Below are positions 37,133-49,419 of a stretch of 64,000 bases of DNA, piece after piece (positions within the stretch are counted from its first letter, which is position 1; the number at the start of each line of letters is the position of its first letter). Under the pieces are notes generated by a model. That model was not told the DNA's origin. It made no database searches and saw only the letters and a program-made list of their open reading frames with translations. Made by a program: the position numbers and the translations under genes. The stretch is from Psammoneis japonica (taxonomy: Eukaryota). The stretch lies in assembly GCA_008632985.1 (NCBI GenBank), contig QPGO01000091.1:62001-126000 (forward strand). The letters are read 5' to 3'.

Positions 37133-39540
37133 ATGGCGTCAGAGGAATCAAATATACAGCAGCGGCAACCGTCCTTGTTTCATGCGGTGGCTGACAGAGA
37201 CTTTGAACAGATTGTGGAGCTTTATGCAACAAATGTAAGGAGCTACATCTCTTCACAACTTGCCACCAAGAGTCGGTGGTATTTGCGACGTCAAGAAAAT
37301 GGTGAGTTTCAGAATTTTGTGTAGAATTCTACGTGACTGTCGTATGTCCTGACGTTGAAGTCTGGAAAACATACCGCCGAGACACGAAAAAGTGCCGCTT
37401 GACATGATGTTTGGGCCTTTCCTTGCTTTCTCTGTAGACAAGCTGTTTGCTATGTGTGATCTATGAATACCACATGTGTGATTGTGTTGTTTGCAATTTT
37501 TTTAGAGGCGTTGAACTCAACTTGATGCTCTGACACCACCTGCTTCTTGTTTTTTTGGGTTTTCTAGAGGAAAAGCGTGACGAGTATTATAGCCCCTCCT
37601 CACCACCAAGAGTATCGCGTATGCGACTTCGCGACACCTTTCGGTATAGTGAACGACCATGGGGGTGGAGAAATTCTGGACCGAGTATGGATAAGCAGCC
37701 CGATGACTCATTCTTTCATAGCATGATGGATGAGCTAGGTGAATTGATTCATTCTGAAACGGACGAAGAAATGCAACAAGAGGCTGCTCTTCCACTCAAG
37801 CGAAGCAGAAAACAAACAGACCCGTATCCTTCTTATGTCGAACGCCTTACGTGGGAGGCTGCCACGGTTGCCAGTAATGTGCGTCCTGACGCGGACTTTG
37901 CCGTGAGAACGAATGAGGGTATCTCCGACGAGGAGCGACCTGCACTTTTCGACGGGGCTATAGCAAATGCGACGCCACCGCCATTGATTGGAGGTACATC
38001 TTCAGGTGGTGGGTCGGGAACGGTTCTTCATTTGGCATGTGCGATAGACTCGCCGTTTGCTCTTGCTATCTTGCTGGTCATGGGTGCCGATGCTGCTGCA
38101 CCGCATACGGCATTTCGCCGACTCATGATGCATGAAGCCGCCTGCTGTGGATCTTCGGAATGCCTGGATCTTCTCTTGAGTCTGGGGGATCAGTGCTCTG
38201 TGGAAGTGGCTAGAGCTAAAAGAGAAGGCTCTAGTGTGCTCTTGCCAAATATTTCGCTTGGCCATGATTCTCCTGCGAAGCGGAAGAGCAGCGGAGTTGC
38301 AAACTTGGTACTTCCTACGGTTCAGCGCTCCTTTTTGGAATTTCTCAATGTTGTGCTCGACCTATCTCGCAAGGTGAAATCAGAAGACATGACAGAGATG
38401 CAAGCAGCACGCGTTGTCCTTTCCAGTGCGAAGCTTCCCAATTCCTCCATTACGACAATTGCCAAGTCTTGTGTATTTTCTCGCGAAAAGGATGCTCCGT
38501 TTGTGCAGCACGGCTACTCGGATGGTCACGGCAATACGGCTCTCCATTGGGCAGCATTCAAGAATGAGACAGAGTGCGTCTCGATCTTACTTGGGTACGA
38601 CGCGGATCCCAATGCACGTGCGCATCCTTCTGGATGGACCCCGCTTCATGACGCGGCGTATAGCGATGCTGCCGAATCGCTGTCGCTACTTTTGGATGCT
38701 GGTGCATTCGTGGACTCCAGGGCAAACAGTGGAGCTACTCCTCTTTGCTTTGCGGCTCAGGAAGATGCTGCAAACGCTGTGCAGATCCTGCTGGATCGCG
38801 GTGCCAAGCTAAGTGCTCGTTGCTGTGGCCAAAGTCGGGGAGAAGGGCATCAGCTGGGGCAGGATTTACCCGGCCTGCAGCAAAATATTCATCATCACCA
38901 TGGCCGTTTCAGCGGATACACGCCGCTTCATTATTGTGCCCACTACAATGCCTGGCGTGCTGCTCGTCTTTTACTCCGCCATGCTTCTGCATCTGAAGCT
39001 ATGGAAATAGCAGACCTCAACGACCGCCTACCCATACATGTGGCGGCCGCACGTGGTAGCAGCGATGTTTTAAGAGAGTTACTCCATTCAGGTGCGCGGA
39101 TGGACACCGAGCCCGAGCAGAACGAGGGTCCTGTGATCCCTCCCGCACCTCAGCAGCCACCATCCCCTCCCTCCCCGCCACGCGCTCAGCAGGCGGGCAG
39201 AAACGTTGTTACTCCCGTTTCCTCTCCGGTTCTCCGCTCCATGATCCCATCGAGACCGGTTACGTCATCCAAGCCATGGAATTGCTTGTCGCAACGATCC
39301 ATTGACGAGTGCCGGGACTTGCTTGCCCAAGCAGAACAAAGCTGGTCACAGAATCGTCACGGGCTCTTTACTCCCGCCGATCGACGTGCAATCTTGGAAC
39401 TTCTCCGAGTCGGCAAGAGACTGGAACAAATGGGCACCGGCATCTACTTGGAATTATGGCCCCAGATTCTCAGCTTTTGTGGAAGAGGCTGGTTTCTTCC
39501 GTCCATGCCTCAAATTGAGAATGACAGCCAATCAGATTGA
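37133..39540 (+). CDS. Ankyrin-repeat protein, 2 exons (37133-37301, 37568-39540)
   Basis: GNTALHWAA, GWTPLHDAA, GATPLCFAA and GYTPLHYCA repeats. A phase-compatible GT-AG intron spans 37302-37567. Confidence 0.88.
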
Positions 39541-40357
39541 GATTGGGCATTGTAGCAGAGCTCTCACGACTTCAGAACTGCAGTGATGCCTCCTTCCAGC
39601 TATTAATGGAGGTCTTACGCGATAAACCAAATGAGTTCAGAGGAAGATGTCGTGCGAGGTCTGATAACTACTGAAGTAGCCTGAGCTTGGAGCGGTGGCT
39701 TGGGGGTGCCGTTTCCTCCGCAGTAGGTAGGACTTTTAGATAAGCAAGTCTACCGGAAACCAATTTTTAAATCTACAGCTAGTGTAGCTCAGTTTCATAA
39801 AAATAACAAACACTCTATCGTTTTGGCTTTTGACTTCGATGCGTGTTACAGTAGGGTGCATCAGCGCTTGGCGAACTGGCACCAATGTACTGTAGTGGTA
39901 TAGCTCTAGCGAGTAGGTAGCGGTATCGTATCAATAAAACGGCAGAAAGGATTCTGTCGCCACGACGACTCCGTCAGCTACTGCTACACACAAGCTTCAG
40001 CGCAGCCCAGACACACAAAGCACCAGTCACCACAATTTGCGAGGGAGGTGAGAGCACATGAGCCATGAGCCACAGGTGCCTGACCATGGTGCCAGGACCT
40101 TACCAAAACAAAAGTGTGATAACTGGTCAGTGGGTACCTCCTCTTTGGATCCTCTCACACTAAAGTTTCATTGCTACATCTAATCTCTTTTTTCTGCACA
40201 ACCGGGTTTCAAAAATCTTTCGGTCAACGGTCAACTTGAAACTCGATCTCAACAAGAAATGGCAAAACAGCGGCGCTGAAGACTGGAGAAGCACAAATAC
40301 CAGGTACAAGTTTTCCGGCAGTAATCATACTTCTTCAAAACTGTTTAGAAGTCACGT

Positions 40358-41770
40358 TTGACAATGGCAACAGACTACTACACGACCGAAATGCTCCATC
40401 AGATCTGGCCCGAGAACTGGTACAACGGCATGTTCGGCAGTTCATCGTGGTTCGACAATTCCGTTGCGCTGAAACCCATAGCTCCAATGTTTCAATCTTT
40501 TTATCCATACGCTTGTCATGCGTGCGCTCGGGGTACTCTTACAAATACAAATCTATCGACTTGTTCTGGTTGTCGCGTAGTCAAGTACTGTTGTCGCGAT
40601 CATCAACGGGCTGATTGGAAGAAACACAAGAACTTCTGTAAGGCGTTCAAGCAAGTTCGCGAGCAAGTCAGCATGGACGCAAAATCGAGAGAAGAATGGC
40701 AGGCTTCTGCTCAGACCGTTAGTGACATGATGTCTACTCAAATGGAGCTTGCAAGGCACTCGGACGACGTTCAAATTCCGTGGTTGCAACCTCACTGCCG
40801 TAAATGCTTCAAGGCAGAGCAGTCTAGGGAAGTAGAGCTTGTAGCATGTCCACGTTGTGCAGGAGTTGCTTTGTGTAAGGACTGTCTTGGCGATGTGGAA
40901 ACGACAGAGGGTTACGAAATGTTTCACTTTGAGACGGACGACGCACTCAAAGAATGCAATGAGCATTTGCTTTCTCTGTGTTGCAAGGCCATGATTGTTG
41001 AACAAGGCAACCCTCTCGGCATGCCCTGTCTGACTGATGCTGCCTCGTACTGGCGACCGCCTAATTGGATTGACTATTTTAGACGGAAGTACAATGATTA
41101 TGAAGTGCCAAGTCCGTTATTCAACATGGCCCCGATTCCTGCTTTCTTGTCGGATGCTCACTCCACGGTGCTCACGATTCAGCACGTGTTAGGCCTGCCG
41201 CAAGTAGGCCACGACACGTCCTCTACAGAGCTTGTTGTACATATTTGTGGGGCAGCTATAAATGACGAAATGATGCCGGGTCGCTATGTCGAGATGATTC
41301 GGTTGAATCCTCAGCTCAAGAAGTTAGAGTTACACTTTGTCGGACCAAAGTTAACATTGAAAACCGAAGATATGCAAAGAGCCGTTGACCTGGAAAGAAT
41401 CCGCAGCACTTGCACCTTATCCGTACACTGTCACGAAGGACTCTACCACGAAGTCGCTTTGGGCTTGCCAAGACCGTCGATTGCCTTTTGCACGCATCCC
41501 GGCCTTTGCGACGATGCCTACACGCGGCATTGGTTACCGACCATGAATTACTTCATTGAAAACAATACGCTGCTGGTTCTAACCGGTTACAACCATAGAG
41601 AGAATTTGGAGGACAGTGAGGTGATGCGGGGATGGGGAGCCCGTGTCATTGTTTCGCCCACTCCAAATCCTTTTCGAGGGCTTCGACCCTTTTTGGACCC
41701 AGCACGGCAGCCAAATGACATGATCTTTACAAACAGCTCTTTTGCGGTCTTCCAGGGTGCAAACGTGTAG
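40358..41770 (+). CDS. MYND zinc-finger protein of MSS51/ZMYND15 type
   Basis: CSGCRVVKYCCRDHQRADWKKHKNFC, then C-terminal VVHICGA, LHFVGP, GLYHE and NPFRG motifs. Start uncertain. Confidence 0.82.
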   Translation: MTMATDYYTTEMLHQIWPENWYNGMFGSSSWFDNSVALKPIAPMFQSFYPYACHACARGTLTNTNLSTCSGCRVVKYCCRDHQRADWKKHKNFCKAFKQVREQVSMDAKSREEWQASAQTVSDMMSTQMELARHSDDVQIPWLQPHCRKCFKAEQSREVELVACPRCAGVALCKDCLGDVETTEGYEMFHFETDDALKECNEHLLSLCCKAMIVEQGNPLGMPCLTDAASYWRPPNWIDYFRRKYNDYEVPSPLFNMAPIPAFLSDAHSTVLTIQHVLGLPQVGHDTSSTELVVHICGAAINDEMMPGRYVEMIRLNPQLKKLELHFVGPKLTLKTEDMQRAVDLERIRSTCTLSVHCHEGLYHEVALGLPRPSIAFCTHPGLCDDAYTRHWLPTMNYFIENNTLLVLTGYNHRENLEDSEVMRGWGARVIVSPTPNPFRGLRPFLDPARQPNDMIFTNSSFAVFQGANV

Positions 41771-42109
41771 GTGATATCGAAATGATGCCTCTTACAACCC
41801 AGCCAGCATCCTTGTGGTTCTGTCCAATGTCTCGTTTCTACCAAAACAGAGCGGCGCATCTGTCGCTTTTGTGCGGTGCGTTTTCTTCTTGAGCATTTAT
41901 TCACTCTAGTAGTCAAACGTTCTTCAACGCGTTGAAGCGTGAAATCGCATGTCGCAGGATGCACTTGAGGTGTTTCCTGCGGTGCTATTCTGACTTCTCA
42001 TCAACCTCTTCCCCGAATTCCCTTTACTCGCTATCCGCCATCCTGGCATCATCATCTTGAACATAAGTTTCTCTCAAGCTATGGAGGGAGAGAAAAAGTG
42101 GACCTGTGC

Positions 42110-42375
42110 AGCTCTAGAGGGCCTGCCGGAATTGCAGTCACTCGAGCGAGCGAGTAAGCTCCATAGATTTGAATGCTAGCTCTAGAGCAGCAGTGCCCTC
42201 TACTCTACTACCTAGCTAGAGCTCTACTAGCTAGCAGCAGCTACTACTCTAGCTTAGTAGCTACTCTGCTACTGCTCTACTTAGCCAGCAGAGGCCTACT
42301 CTAGAGAGCTCTCTACTCTACTCTAGTAGAGAGTAGAGAGAGCTAAAGCGAGCTCGCGAAGCTAGCTAGCTAACT
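42110..42375. repeat. CTAG/CTA/AGAG low-complexity intergenic tract
   Basis: ctagctagagctctactagctagcagcagctactactctagc... Similar tracts occur near 13240-13460, 21500-21615, 39770-39920, 52250-52335 and 57840-57960. Confidence 0.85.
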
Positions 42376-42645
42376 TGGAATGGCTACGTCCGTCATTCGC
42401 ACGATGCCCATTTGATGCACAGTACCAGAACCAACGTGTTTTCTACGTAGAAAAACCTCACCGCCATTCGTCAGCGTTGTGACGTGTTACATCCGCAACA
42501 TGCGCAACGTTTTCGGTTTGCCAACGACCAGACACACGGATGATGTGATGTGAATAACAAAAGAGGCAGAACAAAAGCGACGAACGCGAACATTCATCAA
42601 GTCCTACCAACTAGTTTACGTCCATATCTCTCAATCTATTACACT

Positions 42646-43496
42646 ATGAAGTGCCACAAATCAACTTCATACAGCTTTGGGGTGCTCCTTTTGCTCTTGG
42701 TAAGGGCGACCTCTTTTTCTCCGCGAACAAATCAACGGCAGGTTCGACGCACGTCCAACACAATTTCATGGATGAGCGCCCCACCAAAAGGATTCGGAGT
42801 TGTGGAAGAGGCAAAAGTGGCAAAGAAAACAGATGATGCAGTCGACGTATCCTCGAAATCAGCCTTGGAAATCAAAGACTCTTGTTGGATCTTTTGCCTC
42901 GCATGATGGGTACTCCGGAAGAACTGAAAGAGGCTGAATCCTACATCAATGCCTTGGAAGAAAAGTACATGCCTGCACAAACTCTGGACTTTTTGAATCT
43001 AGCCATGGGCGGAGAATGGCAACTACTGTTTTCCACAAATCGTCTGGGTCCACCGAAATCAACTTTTCGTTTGCGTGAAATGTTCCAACGCGTCGAAACA
43101 AAAGGCCTCGAGGGTAATGTGACAAATCAAGTGCAATGGGACTTTTGTCAGGGAGAAGAAGGGGAAGAGAATCCTACCGAGTTTGACGTTACCGGGACGT
43201 TTGGTGTCAAGTGCAATTATCAAATCAATCAGGGTGCTCGCATGATCATGGAGGTTAAGGACCATGTTGTGGAACTTTTGCCAGGCTCAAACGTCCCCAG
43301 AGATGTTCAGGGTTTAGTGGGCCTGATCCATCGTGCCATGCCTAAAGAACTATTTGATCCTAACGATCACGCTATGGATACTACATATTTGGATGGAGAT
43401 TTGAGAATAGTACGCATGACAGGTCCACATCATGAGGGAATTCGCGATATCTTCATTCGACGTGGCAGTATCGAACTCAATCCAACGTCTGATTAG
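42646..43496 (+). CDS. Plastid lipid-associated protein (PAP/fibrillin), frameshift near 42880
   Basis: Signal peptide ...ATS-FSP, GEWQLLFST and DTTYLDGDLRIVR. Confidence 0.85.
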
Positions 43497-43738
43497 GCTT
43501 CGGCCGCTTCGATTGCCTGAAAGACGACACGTTGCCCTCTCGAGGTTTGGAGAAATTGTGATAACACCGATCAACATCGATGTACTCTTTTTAATAAGTA
43601 GAAATGCATAATGTACATACTTCTCAAGCAAAACTGGAAGAACACGTGTTATCTGTTTTGCTGTCGTGCGACGAGGCCGATATGAAACAAGGATAGACTT
43701 CAAAGCTATTGAGATATCTCTAAAAGCAGCAGTTATCA

Positions 43739-46700
43739 CTAAAGTGATGGCAATTCTGTTCGACAAATCGGGCACTCCATCTTAACGTCCATCCATTGCA
43801 TAAGGCAGTCACGATGGAAGACATGGTCACACGGAGCCAGCATGTAGCCGCGACGGTTGTGAATGTCAATGCCATTGTAGCAAATCACACAGTCCAATGT
43901 GTGGGGACTGGTGTTGGTATTAACGGGAGTTTCTGTTGTGGTTGTAGGTTGCGAGTCGTTTCGTCCGCGAGAACCATTTATTCTGTTCCTCGTGGTGTTG
44001 CTACTTGAAAGCCGGCTCCTACTCGGGCTCTCCGTCAGCGGCTGCATCTCAACTTCGGATGTCATGCCCTCCTCAAAGGAAGCATCTGGCGAAACCTGAT
44101 CAGCTCCGGGAGGCAAAAGGGACTCTGGAATCGGGCGATTGTAATCAAATTTGGGTGGGAGAAACCTGTGTGATGGATGAGAGCGAAAGTGTGAGACGAC
44201 ATGTGCTATGGCAGAACTCAGACGAACGCGCGAGACTAGAAACGCACCTTGCGGGGATCATGAATCGAGCGCCGTAGTGGCCCTGTGCAAGAAGGACAGC
44301 CGCTTGTACTCCAACCCATAGGACAAGCATCTGGCACATAAACGGATATGAGGGAGCATCAGGATAAACTTCCTTGAGAAAATTGTGAGGGACAGAGAAT
44401 AGGTAAAGCGGCGCCACCAACCGAGATATGCTCATTCCGTAAACGTAGTAGTGGTGCAAAGGTCGCTTGGCTTCTGTAATGATGTTGAGTATAATCTGTG
44501 GAACCCAAAACGAGTAGAGGAATAGTACGTATGGTGTTCGGTATTCCTCTCCGGCGTAGAAGAACGCTACAAGGATTGCCATGAGTGCCGCGTAAAATCG
44601 TAGGTGCAGCATGGTCACTTGTCTTCTCAACATCTCGGCCGTGTTTTGACCCCCACTCTGAGCATTTCTTGCTTGCATAATGATAGCCATGTATTTCATT
44701 TCGATTACGCAGAATATGAGAAGCTTGAAGAAAGCTACGCTTGCAAACGCGGTGAACAAGGGTTGCATTGACAGACTCAAGGAAATATGTCCGAGACACA
44801 GAAGCGCATCCAATACAGTCTGCCAGCCAATACAGAGCAGCGAGACCCGTGTGGCTGTTGACTGCGCCTGCGAATGAAGGAGCTGTCGCAGCAAAACCAC
44901 AATTTGCGTCAAACATGTCAACATCATGTAAAAACTGTAATTGATTGCCTTCGATGTCGTCTGTTCCCAGTTGGTCCTGATCGCCGTGACGTTCATAGTC
45001 GCCGTGAAATCACAGTTTGGTGAATGTACTGAGCCAACCATTTCCATAACAAGCGCCTGGTCGTGAAGAGCTGCCACTCTTGGCTCTGGCATGTGCGGCA
45101 TTCGGGCGGCGGCAGGCGGCCTTTCACTTCATCTGCTTTTGGTTTCTGAGGTGTAAGCGTCTTCGCAGTTGCCGGGTTCAACTGGTACATTTCCTGGACG
45201 CGTCGTCCTGCAAGATTTTTCCATTCACCAATGGTCCACTCAACTGGCTTCACGTCGAAATTTAATTCAAACTCACAAGTTCCCGCATTGGCCTCCAGCA
45301 GTTTCTCAGCCTTGGGAATTCGTCGCGACGTTGGCGTTTTTGCCTTTACAAGACTTTCCCTACTGTCATCTAAAACAAATGGATACGGAAACACAGCGTT
45401 GGACCGCCAAGGGACTTCTGTTGTTGTTGTTGCGCTTTCGTTGTATCCGATGTTTCGTTTCCTTTCTTCTCGGCTTTGATTCGCCTTTCGCCAGCCACGG
45501 GCTGTTCTAGAAGCGTGGCTGCCGGCTTGTTCCTTCTAAAGCTCCAGATTTCGCTTCTATTGTGCCTTGTGATTCGCCAGCAGTTTCTTCGTTGTCATTT
45601 TCAATAAGCTTCTTTAAAATTTCCAAAGCTTCATCCCGTTCGCCAGGAGTTTCTTCCTGTTCATTCAAGAAACGATCCAGTTTTTAATCTCGGCAGTGAA
45701 TCTTCATTCGCTGCCCATGTCTCCTGCGTGTCAGAATCTTTCAGGGAATCAAACGGATACAGAGCCAAAGCATCGTCGCGGATGCGTTCTTGCAACTTCT
45801 TCTGCTTGGTGACAGATGAAGCGTTGGCCAAGGCGGAGAGAGCTTCCTCGAGACGCCGATGACTTTCAATTTTGTCATTTGAAGAGGAAATAACCAACGC
45901 GCTTCGTCCTGGGCTATCATTGGCAACCATGGAAACCCGCCCAATAGAATGCAGTATGACACCCCGAACACGTAGCAACACGTCCTTCCGCGATGAGTAA
46001 CTCGAATCAGAATCATAAAGCTTAACAAATCCTTCCAATAGACTTAGCTCTTTCATGGCGGGAATGGATCGAGAATACAATTGAAAAGCCACCCGTCCGG
46101 AGTTTTTTGTAAGTGTTAACTTTTGCAAAGCAGTGGCCGGATCTTCTTCTTCTTCATCGTCTACTTCTGGTACAATCAATTCGGATGGCTGTCGTGACCA
46201 TAGCATACTCCACAAGGACAGTGCGGGCCGCTTGTTTCTCATACGAATAGCGTACCGATCCGTTGTGCCGCCTGTTCGAGAAATTCTAGTTTGGTGGCAT
46301 TGAAAGCCGCACCACCAAGCTTTAGCTTCTTTTCTGGCGGCAAAGCATCGTGCTACACCCCCGCGTTTTTGCGCAGCCTTTTGCAGGCTAGACTCCATCT
46401 CCAAGGGTGTCCTATATGTCATCTTAGGAGCTGTTGTTCTTCAGACATGCGCCTTTCCGATTTTTCCGTCTCTGCTACCGGACTCCGTCTTGCTCTCGGA
46501 TCCACTCACCGCGATAAAATCCCGTGGCGTTCCATGGATAGTGATGCACCTTTACCCGATCTTCCGGGTCGCTTTCTTTCGGTTGATCCTTTCCTACCAT
46601 ATTGAGTATCCAGGTATCGATTTCGCGCTCCAATTACGACCTTTGTTCAGTTTAATCAGTTCACTTTTCGCGCATGACCCTGTAAGGCCTGAGCAATTTT

Positions 46701-46982
46701 AAAATCTTGTCTAGTCCGTGCCTTGAAGAGTGGTTCTTCCAAGGGCGCCGGTATTTCGTGCTGCAATCGAGCCTTACGCAGCTGAATCTCACGCCGACGC
46801 CTCGAGGAAGACGCGTTCTGTTCCTCCCCGTCCATGAGCAGCAGCATGAGTAAAAACATCATGAGCAATCGTACCGTTCGTTGTCGTCTTTCTCGTTCAC
46901 GCCACGCAGCCATGGCGGCCGCGTTGCCTGTACCGAAATCTCCATCCCATGGATCGTCCATTCCAACACCAGGACCAATCAT
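43739..46982 (-). CDS. Transmembrane RING-H2 E3 ubiquitin ligase (Tul1/FLY1-like), split over several frames
   Basis: Multi-TM region with SFWVPQI and YGARFMIP. C-terminal DCVIC...MLAPCDHVFHRDCLMQWMDVKMECPICRTELP. Confidence 0.85.
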
Positions 46983-47814
46983 ACTGGGAAAAGCTTAACT
47001 CTTTAACTCTCAACAACACAAAAACGGTATGAATGCTTTGACGGGACCCTCTCTGGTATTCCTCGTAGAAATCGTACCAACGCCTACGCAGCCCCTCCAC
47101 TCACAGTGACTGGGCTTTAGCAATCGTTCCAAACACACCACAGATGCGATTGATGATCCAAAATCGAGATCAACTTTTAGTATCTGTAACAAATTATGAA
47201 CTGTGAGAAGATGATGGGTGTCTGAAAGCAATGACAGCAACACTCTAGTACAGTAAAGCGCGGTTGGTGATCCTCCTGAAATGTTTTGACCCTGCGCCGA
47301 AAGTTTGTGTTTTGCTGTTTCGCCTCGATAAATTCGAAAAATTTAGAAATTTTGTGAAAAAAGGGGCTATTGAATGTACATGTGGATATATACAAGAAGT
47401 AGAAGTACGAATATGTATCGGCCAGTACAAATATAAACGGACGACATACTGACGTGTCGTAGGGACTTTTCGAATTTTCAATTTTTTCATGTACTGTACA
47501 ATGCCGTCGGGACGCAGTTCCAGCTTACCGTACCACTGCCAGGTTATTCTTTTCTGTGGAGGGCAACCACTCTATCAATCAAGCAATAATGTGGTTTGTA
47601 TTGAATAGAAAAAGCAAAAGTTCTCGCCAGGAGGGCCAAAACAACATAATATGAGCCAGTGTCGCTTGTTTTTTCAGACGTGGTGTGCTTCAGAATCAAC
47701 GCGTGTCGTTGTCTGCCAGTCTGGTGATATGCTTCTTTTTATGTTGGGGTTTCATCGCACAAAATGAATCTTGGTATGAAACTGAAACGTGCCTTGAGCT
47801 GAAGAAAAATTTCA

Positions 47815-49234
47815 ATGAGACGCCTCTTCCTGACGCTAGGCATCGCGTTTCTGGCGTGCTTGCTTGCATTCACAAACATTTACAACCACTGTCTCGTCAA
47901 GGTTGGTTTCAACGCAACTCCTCGCGGAATAAAATGGAGATTCAATGGTAAAGGTGTTGACTCTGTTCCCATATCAACAATATATGAGATTGGTGCTGTT
48001 GTTGAGAAAGGGAGCGAGTATCGAAACACGTTTGACGTTGTAGCCCACCATGAGAAGCTTCCATCGAATGTTACAGGCGTTCGGTTCAATGTGGAGACAG
48101 TTCCTGCCGCTTTCCAACAACACTTGCACAAGCCACGATTGAGTCGTGCTGCTGCTTTGAAAGACCTTCGTCGGAGTAGTTACCAAGCATATCGCCAACA
48201 GTTCGAGGATCGTCGTCGCTGTCCTTTGAAAAACGAGAAAGACATGCGTCTAGAAGCCGTCTCAAAACACGACGCAAATCTAATCTACGCTGGTGGAAAC
48301 GGATTTCTAGTTGCTTCTGTCATGGCGTTTGCTCAACATTTGCCTCTACATTTGTCCCCAGATCATATTTGGTCATTGATAATGTTTGCCTTTGCCAAGC
48401 ATGTTGATTTGAATTCTGAGGAGCTCCGATTCAAGTTCGTCCAGCATGAAGGGAAGGAACGAATCCTTATCAGAACGCCGGATTACTTTCAAATGAGCCA
48501 AAATGGATATCCAGGCTCAGGAGCATCCTCAGAAAGCTGGGAAAAGCATGTGTTTGACAAGTTCGCGGATAGAATTAGAGAGCACATTGGAGAGGACACC
48601 TACAATGCCGTGGTGGCCAACTTTTCAACTTCTACACCAAGCTCTCGTGCCGCAAATGAAATTGCTCTCATGTCAGCCACCAAGAACTACTTCAGCTTTG
48701 GAATGTATACGTGTTGTGGTATTCCAAGTATCACCCTTCTAGGAACGGAAGAAGATTGGGTTGATCTGCGACGTCGTACAAACGAGTTGAGCCATCTCAT
48801 GACTACCGAGTTCTCGGAATATTGGATGCCACTTCTGCTGCCAATCCTTGATGAGTTTGTCAAGAGCTATCGAGGAAAGGTCAACCACGGGTTTTGGCAG
48901 TCGATGGTCAAGTTGAGAAGTACTGGTTTTGGTTCGGGAAGTCAAGCTTTTATCAGTGGGTGGATGCAAATACTATTTCCTTACCTAGCCAACAACAAAT
49001 GAACACTGATCTACACCCTGGCAAGAAATGTTCTTTTTTGGGCCACAGCCAGACCAATTTCCTCCTGTCGTATCTTCCGCACCAGTTGATTGGGATTACT
49101 ATGGTTCGGTGTTTGACATGGGTTTTCATGCTGGAATGATTGGTGTTCGCCAAGATCCTTCTGATGGGGGTCTGTCGCCGACTACCGGCTGGTATGTCAC
49201 ACACGAGCCCAAGGAGCCACTTCAGGAACTCTGA
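47815..49234 (+). CDS. DUF4419-domain protein, frameshift near 49010
   Basis: AFAQHLPLHLSPDHIW, NFSTST, CGIPSITLLGTEEDW and ISGW, with a tail of SSAPVDW...FHAGMIG. Confidence 0.85.
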
Positions 49235-49419
49235 TATTTTTCGTGAGATGTACGATGTTAAAATCTATCCAGGACATAGAGGAGAGAGAGGCAACAAGCC
49301 ATGCTACGGTCGAAAGGAAAGACACGGATTAAGAACTGTTCATCGAGTCCTCCTCTACATGTTCGGAGTATTTACATAGTAGCAATCTTATTACATATTA
49401 GCAGCTTAGCGGCCCGGTC

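Noticed and set aside
47325..47490. Recurrent AAAATTT(C/G)AA motifs in upstream regions (also about 28145, 58015, 63920)
   Set aside because: They may be promoter-related, but they are too short and AT-rich to support without enrichment statistics.
19603..49234. Programmed frameshifting or mass pseudogenisation of normal genes
   Set aside because: Scattered single-base breaks in well-conserved unrelated genes are more simply explained by assembly indels. This cannot be tested without reads.
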